From the NCBI GenBank assembly GCA_002269645.1, contig NIVC01001525.1, forward strand, positions 209,925 through 273,924: a DNA stretch of 64,000 bases. Reading direction: 5' to 3'. The stretch is from Macrostomum lignano. Its lineage: Eukaryota. Both the position numbers and the translations under genes were made by a program. Below are positions 21,253-33,184 of the stretch, piece by piece (position 1 is the stretch's first letter; each line of letters starts with the position of its first letter). A model generated the notes under the pieces. The model did not search any database, was not told where the DNA came from, and saw only the letters and a program-made list of their open reading frames with translations.

Positions 21253-24200
21253 CTCTGTCCTGTCATTCCACAAACAAATATTATGAACATTGCTATACTG
21301 TACATTGATCCTTTAGTCCTTTTATATCTTTTCAATACCTGATTTTGTCGTCTACACAGTATTTAATAAGTTGAAATAAATTCTGTTCGATAGTGCCTGA
21401 AGATGGCTAGTTTTAGCCGAAACGCGTCGCAAATAATATTGAGTTTTGTCTTACTATTATCTGTTAAGAGTGCTTCTCTACCGCAATCAGGCATAAGGTC
21501 TGCGAGCCAAAATACATGTAAACCTACGAGTACAAGGGGCACAGCAGCTCAGCAATAACCGCGTCTGACTCTCATGCCACGGCCCTGGTTTGATTCGCGA
21601 GGCCACATTCATGTGGGCCTCGTGCACGAATAGTTGGTCTGGGAGTTGCCGTGCGATTCACAGCCATAAGGGCCGACCCCCAGGGCACAGAGAGTTTACA
21701 TGTCTTACGATTGGGAAGTCAAGGCCGCTGTACACCTGTGTGAGCGTGTGTATGAGTGCGTGCCTGCGTACAGTATTGGCATGCTCTCAGGAGTCAGCGG
21801 AATGGGCAGAATTGCCGTCAGCGCTGGTTGCTGAGATGGTGCCTGGCATTGTACTCGTAATTATACTTTTTCCCAGACGCAATAACAAAATATTTTGGCC
21901 ATTATTCCACAGTTTTATGTGTACCATGGACATTTGGAGTGAAAAAATCCATCGCACAATATTTTTGTTAATGAATACAGAACAGCAAGGAGTAAATGAA
22001 CAAGAAGGAAAAAAATCATTAAAACTAAAGTACCAGCTACACGAAGGGGGGCCGCAGCCCAGCGGTCCAGCCAGCGACCCAGGCTCGATTCCAAGTGCAG
22101 TCACATTAATTTAGGGCTGAATTGGAATCTCGGCTTGGCTCTGCTCGTGCAATTAACGGCCTTGAGAGCCAACCCCCAAGGCGCAGTGAAGTGTACATGC
22201 CTAACGATAAAATAAAGTTAGGGCCCCTGTACACTCCTGTGTGAGGGTGTGCCTGCTTACGTATCCGCGCGCTTGTGTGCCTACTCAGGGGAGTCGGCGG
22301 AATGGGCAGTAATGCCTCTCGCCGGTTGTGTGCCTATGTCGCTTAAAGTGCGCCAGGGTGCACACAACCCCCCTGCCTCTAATAAAAAACCAGCTACACG
22401 AAAAGAGTTCATAATAAATGTCACAGCTAGTGCAGTTTATCAGCTTGTAGTCGAAATTTGACAATGTAAAAATCAATTTGTCACCCAAGGCCAAAGTGAA
22501 ACATGCAGTTCTCAAAGCCGCAGTTCCCAAAGATGCTCGACACTTTAGTTTGATGATTTGGCACTGCAAAAGGAGTTGGTCTATTTTGAATGTTTAATAT
22601 AAACGAGAAATACAGGTGCTCAAGTATAGTTGCCGAAATTACCATTTAAAAGATGCACGTCTTGGCTTGCGACTGACGAACTTCGTCTGATGAGCTTCTT
22701 TCGCCACGGTATCCAAGCTGGGATTCTTTGGGACTGTCGCTGCTCGACTGAATTAATTGGCCGCTTTGAGGCATCGCTTATAGCCGTCGAGGCGTTGAAG
22801 ACTGCATGGTCGCGTTTTCTTCTTAGGTAGCGCCGCACGGTTCGCTCAGTGGTCGACAGGAAGTTTTTTCCAATTAATAAGCGCTGCTGTTTGACGAGAT
22901 GCACCAGCCATAGTTGCTTGACAAGACAAATAGCTTTTTCTCGCACTACCCGCTTTCCTGATTTCTTGCAAGAGGCAAGCTAAATCAGCACTCATCACAA
23001 TGTTTGATTGTATAGAATGCAACTGAGTTGAATAATGGCCAATCAATTAAATTGCATACTATACAAGTGCATTGTATTTATACTTTCACTCAGCGCGCAG
23101 TCATTATTCCACACTTGTGAGGCCATCATTCCACACTTTTTGTCGCAGTCATTATTCATTATTCCACACTTTTTTATCATGCTTCAATTGGCTGTTTTAA
23201 GAGTTATTTCACCCATAGACAACTGAGTTTTGTGTCTTAGTTTGCCCATAGACAACATTGCGCTAGGGTACGAAAGCCCTATTCAAAATACTTTTAAAAA
23301 TGCTTAACAACATCTATTTAGCGTCAATACAATAAAATGACGACTGGGTGAAATAACTGGTAACTAGATCAGGTATTTTGGCCACTTTAATTAGATACCC
23401 ATTTAAAATATTTAATAGTTTGATACAATCAAATATACTTCGTATTCTTGCCATTTAGCACCCTTCAAAACAGAATTATGGTTTAAACAAAACATTTCAG
23501 AGAGAAATTTGAATTGAACGAGCACTCCATTACGGTAAGAAAACATTTCTGTTGCCGAGAAAGCGAATAAAAACCACAGATGGTCATCTAAAAATTTGCC
23601 ATAAAATTTTTTAGGAAGCCAAGAAGCTGAACTGCCTCATCAGCCAAGCTAGGCAGAAGGAATTTACAAAAGCCGTCAGCAAAGAGAACTGCAACTGGAG
23701 AGACTGGGAGGGAAGAACTCCTCTCCAGGTGGCTTCCAGTGGAGGCTTGCGACCGTCTAGAAAATGTCACCTCAAGTGCGCAGAGCTGCTGCTCCAGCTG
23801 GGTGCGGATCTCAACGCTGCGGATCTGGAGGGAAATACGCCTCTGCACTTGGCTGCTGCTGCTGGCAACACGGAAGTCGTTGAGCTTTTCCTCAGATACG
23901 GTGCATCCCGCGATAAGAGGAACTTTTCGGATGCCACTCCGCTGAATGCGGCAGAGAGCAAAGGACACTCGGAAGTGGTCGCAGTGCTGGCAAGGGCGGA
24001 GACACCAAGCGTGAGGTGAGATGAAATTTTTGTTAATATAGTTTAGAATATGTTCTGATGGACAACTATCGGCTGTTAGGTTTTAAGATAAAAATCAGGT
24101 TGTTAAACACTTGAAAATCAATTCTAAGCTAGCTGTCTCTGATCAATAAGGAACTGCAGGGCCTGTTCTGTCCAACTTCTCTCCAAATTACAGTATTTTC

Positions 24201-27200
24201 CAAGCTTTAGAATTGTATACACTATCCATCACTGCACATCGCACTTATTTGTGAAAGTTGCGGATCGAACCCAAGTTTCTGGAAGTTGAGCGTAGGGTTT
24301 TGCTCCAAACTCCCTAAATCTTAAAAGAGGGAAAATGCTGGCTAGCAATGAAGACTGCAACAATTTTTTCCGGCATTCGCACTTGACTGACTGCTTCGCT
24401 TCATTTCCATGTGCTTCCTCCAGTTTTCCACTTTCTGTCAAAATGCCTGCATTTCACAAGCGAACTTTGGAAATGGCTAATGATGTGTACCAACTTGCAT
24501 GTACCAACTTCACTTCCTCACCTCGCTTTCATTCACGCATTCCAGAAAACAACAGCACACCCACACAACCGCTCAAAACCGCTCAATGTGAGTCTCATTC
24601 TCCTTGGCCCACTCTGCAAATATGCACTGTGATCTGTCACTCTGGACCGGGACCGCCCTTTTTCTCCCTCCTTCTTTCTCCCTTTTTCTTTCTCCCTCCC
24701 TCCACTCATTCTCCCTTCCGTCTCGCTGTCCTCTTTTTCCCTCCGCTCTTTCTCCTTTTCGCCTTAGTGCCTTTCTCCTTTTTTTCTCACTTTTAATTTT
24801 TTTTCATCCATACCGCTCTTCAGAAAAATGGGCGAAAATCAAAACCGACATCAGCAAGAGACCATTGAAAACATTACTGCTGCTGCACGCAATGGCCGCT
24901 TTCAAGACGTCAAGAATTTCCTCTCACAAATCAATGACCAATCAAACAGGGACACCTGCTGCATCAAAGCTGCCGAAGGAGCTGCATTCAATGGTCACTT
25001 TGAAGTCGTCAAGTTTCTCCTCCCACAAATCAATGACCAATCAAACAGGGACACCTGCTGCATCAAAGCTGCCGAAAATGCTGCAAACAATGGTCACTTT
25101 GAAATCGTCAAGTTTCTCCTCTCACAAATCAATGACCAATCAAACAGGGACACCTGCTGCATCAAAGCTGCCGAAGATGCTGCAATTCGTGGTCACTTTG
25201 AAATCGTCAAGTTTCTCGTCCCACAAATCAATGACCAATCAAACAGGGACACCTGCTGCATCAAAGCTGCTGAAGGAGCTGCATTCAATGGTCACTTTGA
25301 AATCGTCAAGTTTCTCGTCCCACAAATCAATGACCAATCAAACAGGGACACCTGCTGCATCAAAGCTGCTGAAGGAGCTGCATTCAATGGTCACTTTGAA
25401 ATCGTCGAGTTTCTCGTCGCGTGTCTCTCAAGTGACGATCTAAAAGCGAAGCTCCGTTTCCAATGCGCACTTACCGCTTGCTCTCGTCTTCACGAAAATG
25501 TCGTTGCCTCCCTCGGCCTCGAGCCCCAATGGCTCTTCCAATCGAACACCATCCTCAGCTTCACTGCAGCGATGGCCATCGAAAGCAGGAACTCTGTTCT
25601 CAACGACACCCTCTCTCGAATGCAGCCAGCTCAAATCACACAGCTGCTCCGTCTCTCCATCTCTCAAAGAAACGTCACTCTTGCCGCCACACTGCTCAAT
25701 CATGAGCGATTCAGCACACAGCACGTCGATCTCCCAGACGACAACACCGGAGCCACCGCTCTCATGCTCGCAGCTGATGCTGGTCAGCACGAACTCATTC
25801 ACAAACTCATCGATCTCGGCGCCTCACTGCACGCTCAAGACACTCACGGTCGCACTGCACTGTCACGAGCCTGCCAAGCCGGTCACGTGCGAGCAGCCAA
25901 GACTCTCATCGACAATGGAGCCGATGCCAGCCATCGAGACAGTCAAGGCCTCACGTGTGCGCAGCTCGCACAGCGATTTGAGCAGCGGCAGGTGCTGCGG
26001 CTGCTAAATCCCACCGAGTCAGTTGCCATTTGTCCCATTACTTGCAATTACTTCGCTACCTTACCTCGCTTTCCTTCACACATTCCAGAAAAACACAGCA
26101 CTGCCAGCCAGCCGCTCACCGCCTCCATCCGTGAGTCTGACTGTCTTTCTCCCTTGGGCCACTGGAATTTTTAAATCCGCCTCCACTGACTCCACTCTCA
26201 CCTCTCCACCCAGACTCTCACACCACTCAGAGCAGCACCTCAGCGAGGAGCTGCATCGACTGCTCAGCGATGCGGGATTCACCGAGCAGAGAGCAAAGTA
26301 TCTGAAAAACCTGGCTGACTGGCTACAAGAAGTCGCTGGAGTCCTCACACAGGATCGCAGGCAAATGACCGGCAGCTACGCAGAGGGCTGGGCCAACAGT
26401 CTGGTGCAAGTCAACGGCAGGACAGCTGCAGACTCCGACATTGACTGGACTGTGCTGGTTGATGGGCAAAAGTTCCATCTGGAAGGTGGCTGTGACAGAA
26501 CAGGTTTCTGCAGCAACGACACTCCGCTCCAGGTCAAGGAGGGCCACGCACAGGTGGCAGTCGGAGCAGGTCAGTGACGCTCCGCTCATCATCAGAATGC
26601 CGCAATCCCCAATCCAAGCCCCCGTAAACTTTGCTCAATTTTTTAGTAATTAACTGAACTTCAGAGCTCACAAGTTCAACCTGAGTTTGAGACCTGACTG
26701 AAATACCTTTCAGCACTCATTTTGCTTTGAATAAAAATTCTGGCAACCAATCAGTCAACTCAAGTCCCTGCAATTCAACTGCCTCACCACCTCAGAGGTT
26801 ATGAAACAATTATTAAGCAATGCCTTGCCTTCTCTTTCCCCTTAAAATATTTTTTCTCTTTCTCCGCCCATCATCAACTCCATAGCGGTGCGCCTGCATG
26901 CATTTCAACGAATACTTTGCTTCATTCACTGATTGCAGTAGTAGCACTCACACACGAACTCAACCAACTCATTCAAGCAGCTGAAAACCAACCCATCCTG
27001 TTCATTCGCCACAATGCCACTCTCTGCTCACTGCGCTTCACAGGCAGCCAACCTGCTGTGACAGCCACGGCGTGCGGTGTGCGGCCTGCACAGGACACGT
27101 GCCATGCGATCCCGTGCTGCAGCAGTTTCGGCGAGGACAGAATAAAAAAACTGCTTCAAAACAATTTAGATAAAGTCCACCTCGTTCGGGCGACCAGACC

Positions 27201-28656
27201 GAGCTCGACCAACGAGCTCAGAGTGAGCTTCAGCTTCCAAGAGAAAGACATCATGAGACAGTTGAGCACAGTCCAGGGCCAGCTGTTCACACTCATCAAG
27301 TTCATCTTCAAGAGACACTTGCCGCTCACTCTGGACACACCTGGACTCAAGACCTACCATGCAAAGACTCTGCTATTCTTCATGCTGGAGAGGCATGGCA
27401 CAGATCCTGAAACTGAGGCTTGGCAGCAGCAAAATCTGATCGCTCTGCTCAACGAGTCTCTCGACATGATGCTGAGCTTCATCGACTTGAGTAGCTCGCC
27501 CGATGAGTGCATGTCGCACTTCTTTATGCCCGATGCTCCGCTCTACTTCAAGAACGCTGGAATCGGCGGCGACTTCGACAACACGAAGGCGAGGGTTCGA
27601 GACCGACTTTGTGAGCTGAGAAGCGACATCGGCGGAGTGGTCGAGCAGCTGAGGAGACTCGTGAGACCTCTGCAGTCAGAGAAGTTCTACTTTCACCTGT
27701 TCACTCTGCTGCCTCTGACAGCGCCGCCTGCTGTCACGGAGATCAGGGAAGGAACTTGGAATCCAGAAATGTACTACAAGTTCGCAGACGTGTACAGTGT
27801 GGTGCACCAGTGTTTGAGCGAGCTGCAGTCGGAATCGAGCGACAGAGACACCCTGATGAGGCAGCTCAGTCTCCTGCATGAGCTGCAGTGGTGCAAGTGC
27901 GCCGCCCTGTGCATGACCGCCATGGCACATTTGAAGTTCGGAGAATCTGAGGAGGCTGAGAGACTCGCGATGGAGCTGTACAGACATCAGGTTGAGTCAG
28001 GGTTAAAGCCACAGGATATTCGATATGAATATATCCAAACTAAATCGCCAGCAGACTCAGACTGGGCGTGGAGGTTCTGCCTCCCCTGCGACTCTCCGCC
28101 TCGCTTCCCATTCCTTCCCGAGTTCACGCAGACTCTGTTCACAGCCAGACTGTCGCAGCCTCTCTCCTCCCACCTGTACGTGAACTTCCGCTGCCTGAGC
28201 TGGAGTCTCCAAGCTGAGCTGCTCCGCAATCGCACACCTGCAATCGCATTCGATCATTGGATTGAACAGCTGCTTGGAGACCCGGACTTGGAGGAGCTGC
28301 TCACTCTGGCTCACTACAGCGACTGCCGCGAGCACGTGGAGCTCAGCCTGCAGCAGATGGAGATGATCGAGAAAGAGAGACGCGTCGCCATGGAAACGCA
28401 GGACGAGGAGAAGATCGGCTGGGTCAGGCAGAAGCGGTGGCGAGTTTCGAACCGCAGCGGCAGCGACAGCGGCGCTCACCGCAGCAGGGAAGATGAGGAG
28501 CGGAGGCTGTGGGCGAGGGCGAGGCTGCGGCGAGACGGGGCCGACTCGGGTCGCCTGGTTGCCATGGAAACTGCAGCGGAGCAGAGAGACAGCTGGACTC
28601 ACGCCAAGCTCACGTCGCAAAGTCGAGATCGGAAAAGGAAGGCTGAGTCAGACTGA
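17397..28656 (+). CDS. Spliced gene of about 1788 aa: unknown N-terminal domain + ankyrin repeats + cGAS/Mab-21 nucleotidyltransferase. Exons 17397-18451, 18536-18584, 20125-20732, 21491-21497, 23615-24015, 24546-24587, 24824-26017, 26089-26130, 26214-26569, 27044-28656
   Basis: All introns are GT-AG with matching phases; the exons total 5367 nt (1789 codons). Ankyrin motifs TPLLLA and TPLHLAA; NTase GSYAEG...[28 protein letters not shown]. The 3' linkage (23615 onward) is stronger than the 5' linkage via the 7-nt exon. Confidence 0.72.
18620..19866. mobile_element. Degenerate TIR element (about 630 bp net) related to the Polinton terminus, carrying an ORF1 relic
   Basis: 26-bp imperfect IRs (21/26) at 18620-18645 and 19841-19866; ORF1-like peptide on the minus strand; second copy starts near 53609. 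Confidence 0.55.
18903..19512. mobile_element. Unclassified 610-bp insertion with 8-bp TSD ACATCTAC
   Basis: TSD at 18895-18902 and 19513-19520; the paralogous site near 53901 lacks it; no TIR and no poly(A). Confidence 0.8.
20791..20828 (-). ncRNA. Second copy of the minimal hammerhead ribozyme (inverted arm)
   Basis: Exact reverse complement of 21394-21431. Confidence 0.85.
21394..21431 (+). ncRNA. Minimal type I hammerhead ribozyme (Penelope-associated)
   Basis: CTGAAGA (21397-21403), stem II GGCTA/TAGCC, GAAA, palindromic ACGCGT, GTC cleavage triplet, short stem I TGC/GCA. Confidence 0.85.
21536..21848 (+). mobile_element. tRNA-derived SINE, family 2
   Basis: tRNA-like head (AGCTCAG A-box, GGTTTGATTC B-box-like); central segment shared with the 22046 SINE; no clear TSD. 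Confidence 0.55.
22046..22388 (+). mobile_element. tRNA-derived SINE, family 1, with 14-bp TSD
   Basis: GGGGCCGCAGCCCAGCGGT head, GGCTCGATTCC B-box, AATAAAAAA tail, TSD ACCAGCTACACGAA (22032-22045 and 22389-22402). Confidence 0.88.
22620..22946 (-). pseudogene. Possible degenerate Tc1/mariner-like HTH fragment
   Basis: Only the S..ERTVRRYL pattern; no TIR or TSD found. Confidence 0.2.
24880..25410 (+). repeat. Five near-identical 99-bp (33-aa) ankyrin repeats
   Basis: CAAATCAATGACCAATC at 24927, 25026, 25125, 25224 and 25323. Confidence 0.95.
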
Positions 28657-29365
28657 CTGCCTAGAGCGGTGTTCGATGCTGAGAATTTTCATGTACTTAG
28701 TGTTTTTTCAAGCAAACTGTCGGACTCTGACTGACTATGCTCATTTATTGACTGTGGGCTCTTTATTTGTCTGGTGAGGGTTTGCGTACTCTGGGTACAT
28801 CGTTGCTCATTCTCTATTCCCTCGTGCATGACCTATCTCTGTCACCCACCCCAATGCTATGCTATTGACTTTCACAAACTGTTTATTCTGATGCATGCTG
28901 ACTTGATGAGGGATCTGCGTGTTTTGCTTGAAAACACCTGGAATCGCCTCTACATTTTGACTGCGCATGGGTGGCCAGAAACTTGGCAAATTTCTGCCTG
29001 CTCTCTAGGAACTGCAGTTTTGTACATTTTTGCTGCAATTCAATTCGCACTGGATGCTGAATTGCTTTTTCCGTTCAAACTGCGTCTCTGCTTTAATGCG
29101 GGCTTTTCTCTGCGATTTTGCGGACTTCAATACTCAATTGCCAAATGCTGTTTAATGACATATTCAAGCCAAATGCACAGGTAGCAGTTATCTGCATGAA
29201 ACAGTAATCTATGTTCGAGGAATTTTACTGCATATACATGTAATACTGAAAAAATACTTTGGATGTACTTTTATAGCTTAAATGTTGTGTATACATGCTC
29301 CCGAATAATCCAAGCACCTGCTCTCAGAATGAGCTCGACTAGTCTGCAAATTGATTTCATGTAGT

Positions 29366-30422
29366 TATGAACATTCAGTGACTGACAGCCTGACAGCTGC
29401 CTCATGAACATTCAGTGACTGACAGCCTGACAGCCTGACAGCTGCCTCATGAACATTCAGTGACTGACAGCCTGACAGCCTGACAGCTGCCTCATGAACA
29501 TTCAGTGACTGACAGCCTGACAGCCTGACAGCTGCCTCATGAACATTCAGTGACTGACAGCCTGACAGCCTGACAGCTGCCTCATGAACATTCAGTGACT
29601 GACAGCCTGACAGCCTGACAGCTGCCTCATGAACATTCAGTGACTGACAGCCTGACAGCCTGACAGCTGCCTCATGAACATTCAGTGACTGACAGCCTGA
29701 CAGCTGCCTCAAGAACATTCATTGACTGACAGCCTGACAGCTGCCTCATGAGCATTCAGTGACTGACAGCCTGACAGCTCCCTCATGAACATTCAGTGAC
29801 TGACAGCCTGACAGCTGCCTCATGAACATTCAGTAACTGGAAGCCTGACAGCTGCCTCATGAACATTCAGTGACTGACAGCCTGACAGCTACCTCATGAA
29901 CATTCAGTGACTGACAGCCTGACAGCCTGACAGCTGCCTCATGAACATTCAGTGACTGCCAGCCTGACAGCTGCCTCATGAACATTCAGTGACTGCCAGC
30001 CTGACAGCTCCCTCATGAACATTCAGTGACTGACAGCCTGACAGCTCTCTCATGAACATTCAGTAACTGACAGCCTGACAGCTGCCTCATGAACATTCAG
30101 TGACTGACAGCCTGACAGCTGCCTCATGAGCATTCAGTGACTGACAGCCTGACAGCTCTCTCATGAACATTCAGTAACTGACAGCCTGACAGCTGCCTCA
30201 TGAACATTCAGTGACTGACAGCCTGACAGCTGCCTCATGAACATTCAGTGACTGACAGCCTGACAGCTCCCTCATGAACATTCAGTGACTGACAGCCTGA
30301 CAGCTCCCTCATGAACATTCAGTGACTGACAGCCTGACAGCTCTCTCATGAACATTCAGTGACTGACAGCCTGACAGCTGCCTCATGAGCATTCAGTGAC
30401 TGACAGCCTGACAACTCCCTCA
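29366..30422. repeat. Minisatellite, 35/42-bp unit (ATGAACATTCAGTGACTGACAGCCTGACAGCTGCCTC)
   Basis: More than 25 tandem copies, varying by one 7-bp GACAGCC subunit. Confidence 0.97.
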
Positions 30423-30865
30423 TGTGAGTCAACAACAATTCCATTATTTTATTTATTGCTGTTTTTCGTATTGGCCAAAATCGATAAATGATATAATTCC
30501 CCAGTCTGTAATTCAGTATTTAAGGTTTCAATGGTAAAATACACTTGTAGTACACTTATTTAACCATGCTTGCTTGCTTTTTCCAGTCTGCAAGTAAATT
30601 TAAAAATGAATTCTCCAACTCACCATTTGTGTTCTCTGCCCCACAATGCTGCTGGTTTGAAGAGTAAATGTTCTTTGTTTCAGTTATGAGTACGTCTGTA
30701 CTTTTACTTATACTCATGCTTCGCCTATTGCACCCGCCCCCGTCCGCGCCTCACGCCACCTTTTCTCACCGCCTTCATATTGATTTGTTATAACGTACAT
30801 TGCAAGTCATGCACACTTACAACCCCCCCGCTAAAGCTTGTGTCAACCCCGCCATATATTACATT

Positions 30866-31124
30866 GAGAATAAATATAGTAGCTCATGAGAATAAATATA
30901 GTAGCTCATGAGAATAAATATAGTAGCTCATGAGAATAAATATAGTAGCTCATGAGAATAAATATAGTAGCTCATGAGAATAAATATAGTAGCTCATGAG
31001 AATAAATATAGTAGCTCATGAGAATAAATATAGTAGCTCATGAGAATAAATATAGTAGCTCATGAGAATAAATATAGTAGCTCATGAGAATAAATATAGT
31101 AGCTCATGAGAATAAATATAGTAG
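30866..31124. repeat. 22-bp tandem repeat (GAGAATAAATATAGTAGCTCAT), about 12 copies
   Basis: Seen directly in the sequence. Confidence 0.97.
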
Positions 31125-31571
31125 CCGCCGAGTGCTGAGTTCTCAGTTCTTAAGAATCTCTTGTTAACAGCTGCCTTGAAAGTGTCGCCTGATGAAGAAT
31201 GACTTTTGAGTTAACAAACAAAATTCCTGAAAAATGAGAATCCTACAGGAAATCACGTGCAAGACCCTAAAATTTATCATTAACGAAATCCCTGCAGAAC
31301 AAATAAAAGTACATAAAAATCTGCAAGGCCAAAATAACATCAAAGGTTATCCGGCACCTCCTCAGCCAGCAGGCAGTCGCAGAATCGCCGGTGGCTGCCA
31401 GCAGCGCCAGCAGCAGCACCTCCTGAACTTCCGGCTGTGGGAGGCCACTCGGCTCTGCAGCATCTGCAGTGCAGCAGCCGCCTCAGCTTGGGTTCGAGTG
31501 ACTCCACCTGCGTCCGGCGTTGCCTGGAGCTGCACCGCCCTCTGACGGTCAGGCAGGGACTGACTGCAGGA

Positions 31572-31917
31572 CCGCCCTCACACAGCCAAATACAGCCCTC
31601 ACACAGCCAAAGGCAGCCCCCACAAAGCCAAAGGCAGCCCTCGCGCAGCCAAATACAGCCCTCACACAGCCAAAGGCAGCCCTCACACAGCCAAATACAG
31701 CCCTCACACAGCCAAATACAGCCCTCACACAGCCAAATGCAGCCATCACACAGCCAAATACAGCCCTCGCGCAGCCAAATACAGCCCTCACACAGCCAAA
31801 GGCAGCCCTCACACAGCCAAATACAGCCCTCACACAGCCAAATACAGCCCTCACACAGCCAAAGGCAGCCCTCACACAGCCAAAGGCAGCCCTCACACAG
31901 CCAAAGGCAGCCCTCGC
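31572..31917. repeat. 21-bp tandem repeat (CAGCCCTCACACAGCCAAATA/GG)
   Basis: Seen directly in the sequence. Confidence 0.95.
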
Positions 31918-32039
31918 AGTTCCAAGTTGTATTGGCGCCACTGACTCATCTGCAATTGGCGCCAACTGATCCCACAACCTATCTGATCCCACACCTTATC
32001 TGATCCCACCCTATCTGATCCCACCCTATCTGATCACCC

Positions 32040-33184
32040 ACCTCTCCCTCTCCAATCTCCCTCTCCCGCCTCTCCCTCTCCCAATCTCCCTCTCCCACCT
32101 CTCCCTCTCCCGCCTCTCCCTCTCCTGCCTCTCCCTCTCCCGCCTCTCCCTCTCCCGCCTCTTCCTCTCCCAATCTCCCTCTCCTGCCTCTCCCTCTCCT
32201 GCCTCTCCCTCTCCCAATCTCCCTCCCTCTACCTCTCCCTCTCCTGCCTCTCCCTCTCCCAATCTCCCTCTCCCACCTCTCCCTCTCCCGCCTCTCCCTC
32301 TCCTGCCTCTCCCTCTCCCACCTCTCCCTCTCCTGCTTCTCCCTCTCCCACATCTCCCTCTCCCGCATCTCCCTCTCCCGCCTCTCCCTCTCCTAATCTC
32401 CCTGCCCTGCCTCTCCCTCTCCCGCCTCTCCCTCTCCCGCCTCTTCCTCTCCCAATCTCCCTCTCCCGCCTCTCCTTCTCCTGCCTCTCCCTCTCCCACC
32501 TCTCCCTCTCCTGCCTCTCCCTCTTCCACCTCTCCCTCTCCCAATCTCCCTCTCCCACCTCTCCCTCTCCCGCCTCTCCCTCTCCTGCCTCTCCCTCTCC
32601 CGCCTCTCCCTCTCCTGCCTCTCCCTCTCCCACATCTCCCTCTCCCGCATCTCCCTCTCCCGCCTCTCCCTATCCTAATCTCCCTGCCCTGCCTCTCCCT
32701 CTCCCGCCTCTTCCTCTCCTGCCTCTCCCTCTCCCACCTCTCCCTCTCCTGCCTCTCCCTCTTCCACCTCTCCCTCTCCCAATCTCCCTTTCCTGCCTCT
32801 CCCTCTCCCGCCTCTCCCTCTCCCACCTCTCCCTCTCCTGCCTCTCCCTCTCCTGCCTCTCCCTCTCCCACATCTCCCTCTCCCGCCTCTCCCTCTCCCG
32901 CCTCTCCCTCTCCCGCCTCTCCCTCTCCCGCCTCTCCCTCTCCCGCCTCTCCCTCTCCCGCCTCTCCCTCTCCTAATCTCCCTTTCCTGCCTCTCCCTCT
33001 CCCGCCTCTCCCTCTCCTGCCTCTCCCTCTCCTGCCTCTCCCTCTGCCACATCTCCCTCTCCCGCCTCTCCCTCTCCCAATCTCCCTCTCCTGCCTCTTC
33101 CTCTCCTGCCTCTTCCTCTCCCACATCTCACTCTCCTGCCTCTCCCTCTCCTAATCTCCATCTCCTGCCTCTCCCTCTCCCGCC
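32040..33184. repeat. 15-bp polypyrimidine minisatellite (CTCTCCCTCTCCYGC)
   Basis: Seen directly in the sequence. Confidence 0.95.

Larger units (their letters stand above)
20762..21460 (+). mobile_element. Truncated Penelope-like element: GIY-YIG C-terminal fragment between about 170-bp inverted pseudo-LTR arms
   Basis: 20945-21166 reads HF.VID...[18 protein letters not shown]; 20762-20933 is the reverse complement of about 21288-21460. Confidence 0.85.

Noticed and set aside
21536-22110. tRNA genes
   Set aside because: Only A/B-box-like heads without a full cloverleaf, followed by SINE bodies.
23200-23360. 14-bp inverted repeat AGTTATTTCACCCA (possible tiny MITE)
   Set aside because: No TSD or second copy in the window.
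27991-28050. Extra intron in the last receptor exon
   Set aside because: A donor-like site exists, but the frame is open through it; left unresolved.
29366-31124. CRISPR-like arrays
   Set aside because: Units are contiguous without unique spacers, and the context is eukaryotic with no cas genes.
31160-31215. Possible hammerhead (GAAA...CTGATGA)
   Set aside because: The required stems cannot be formed around the core.
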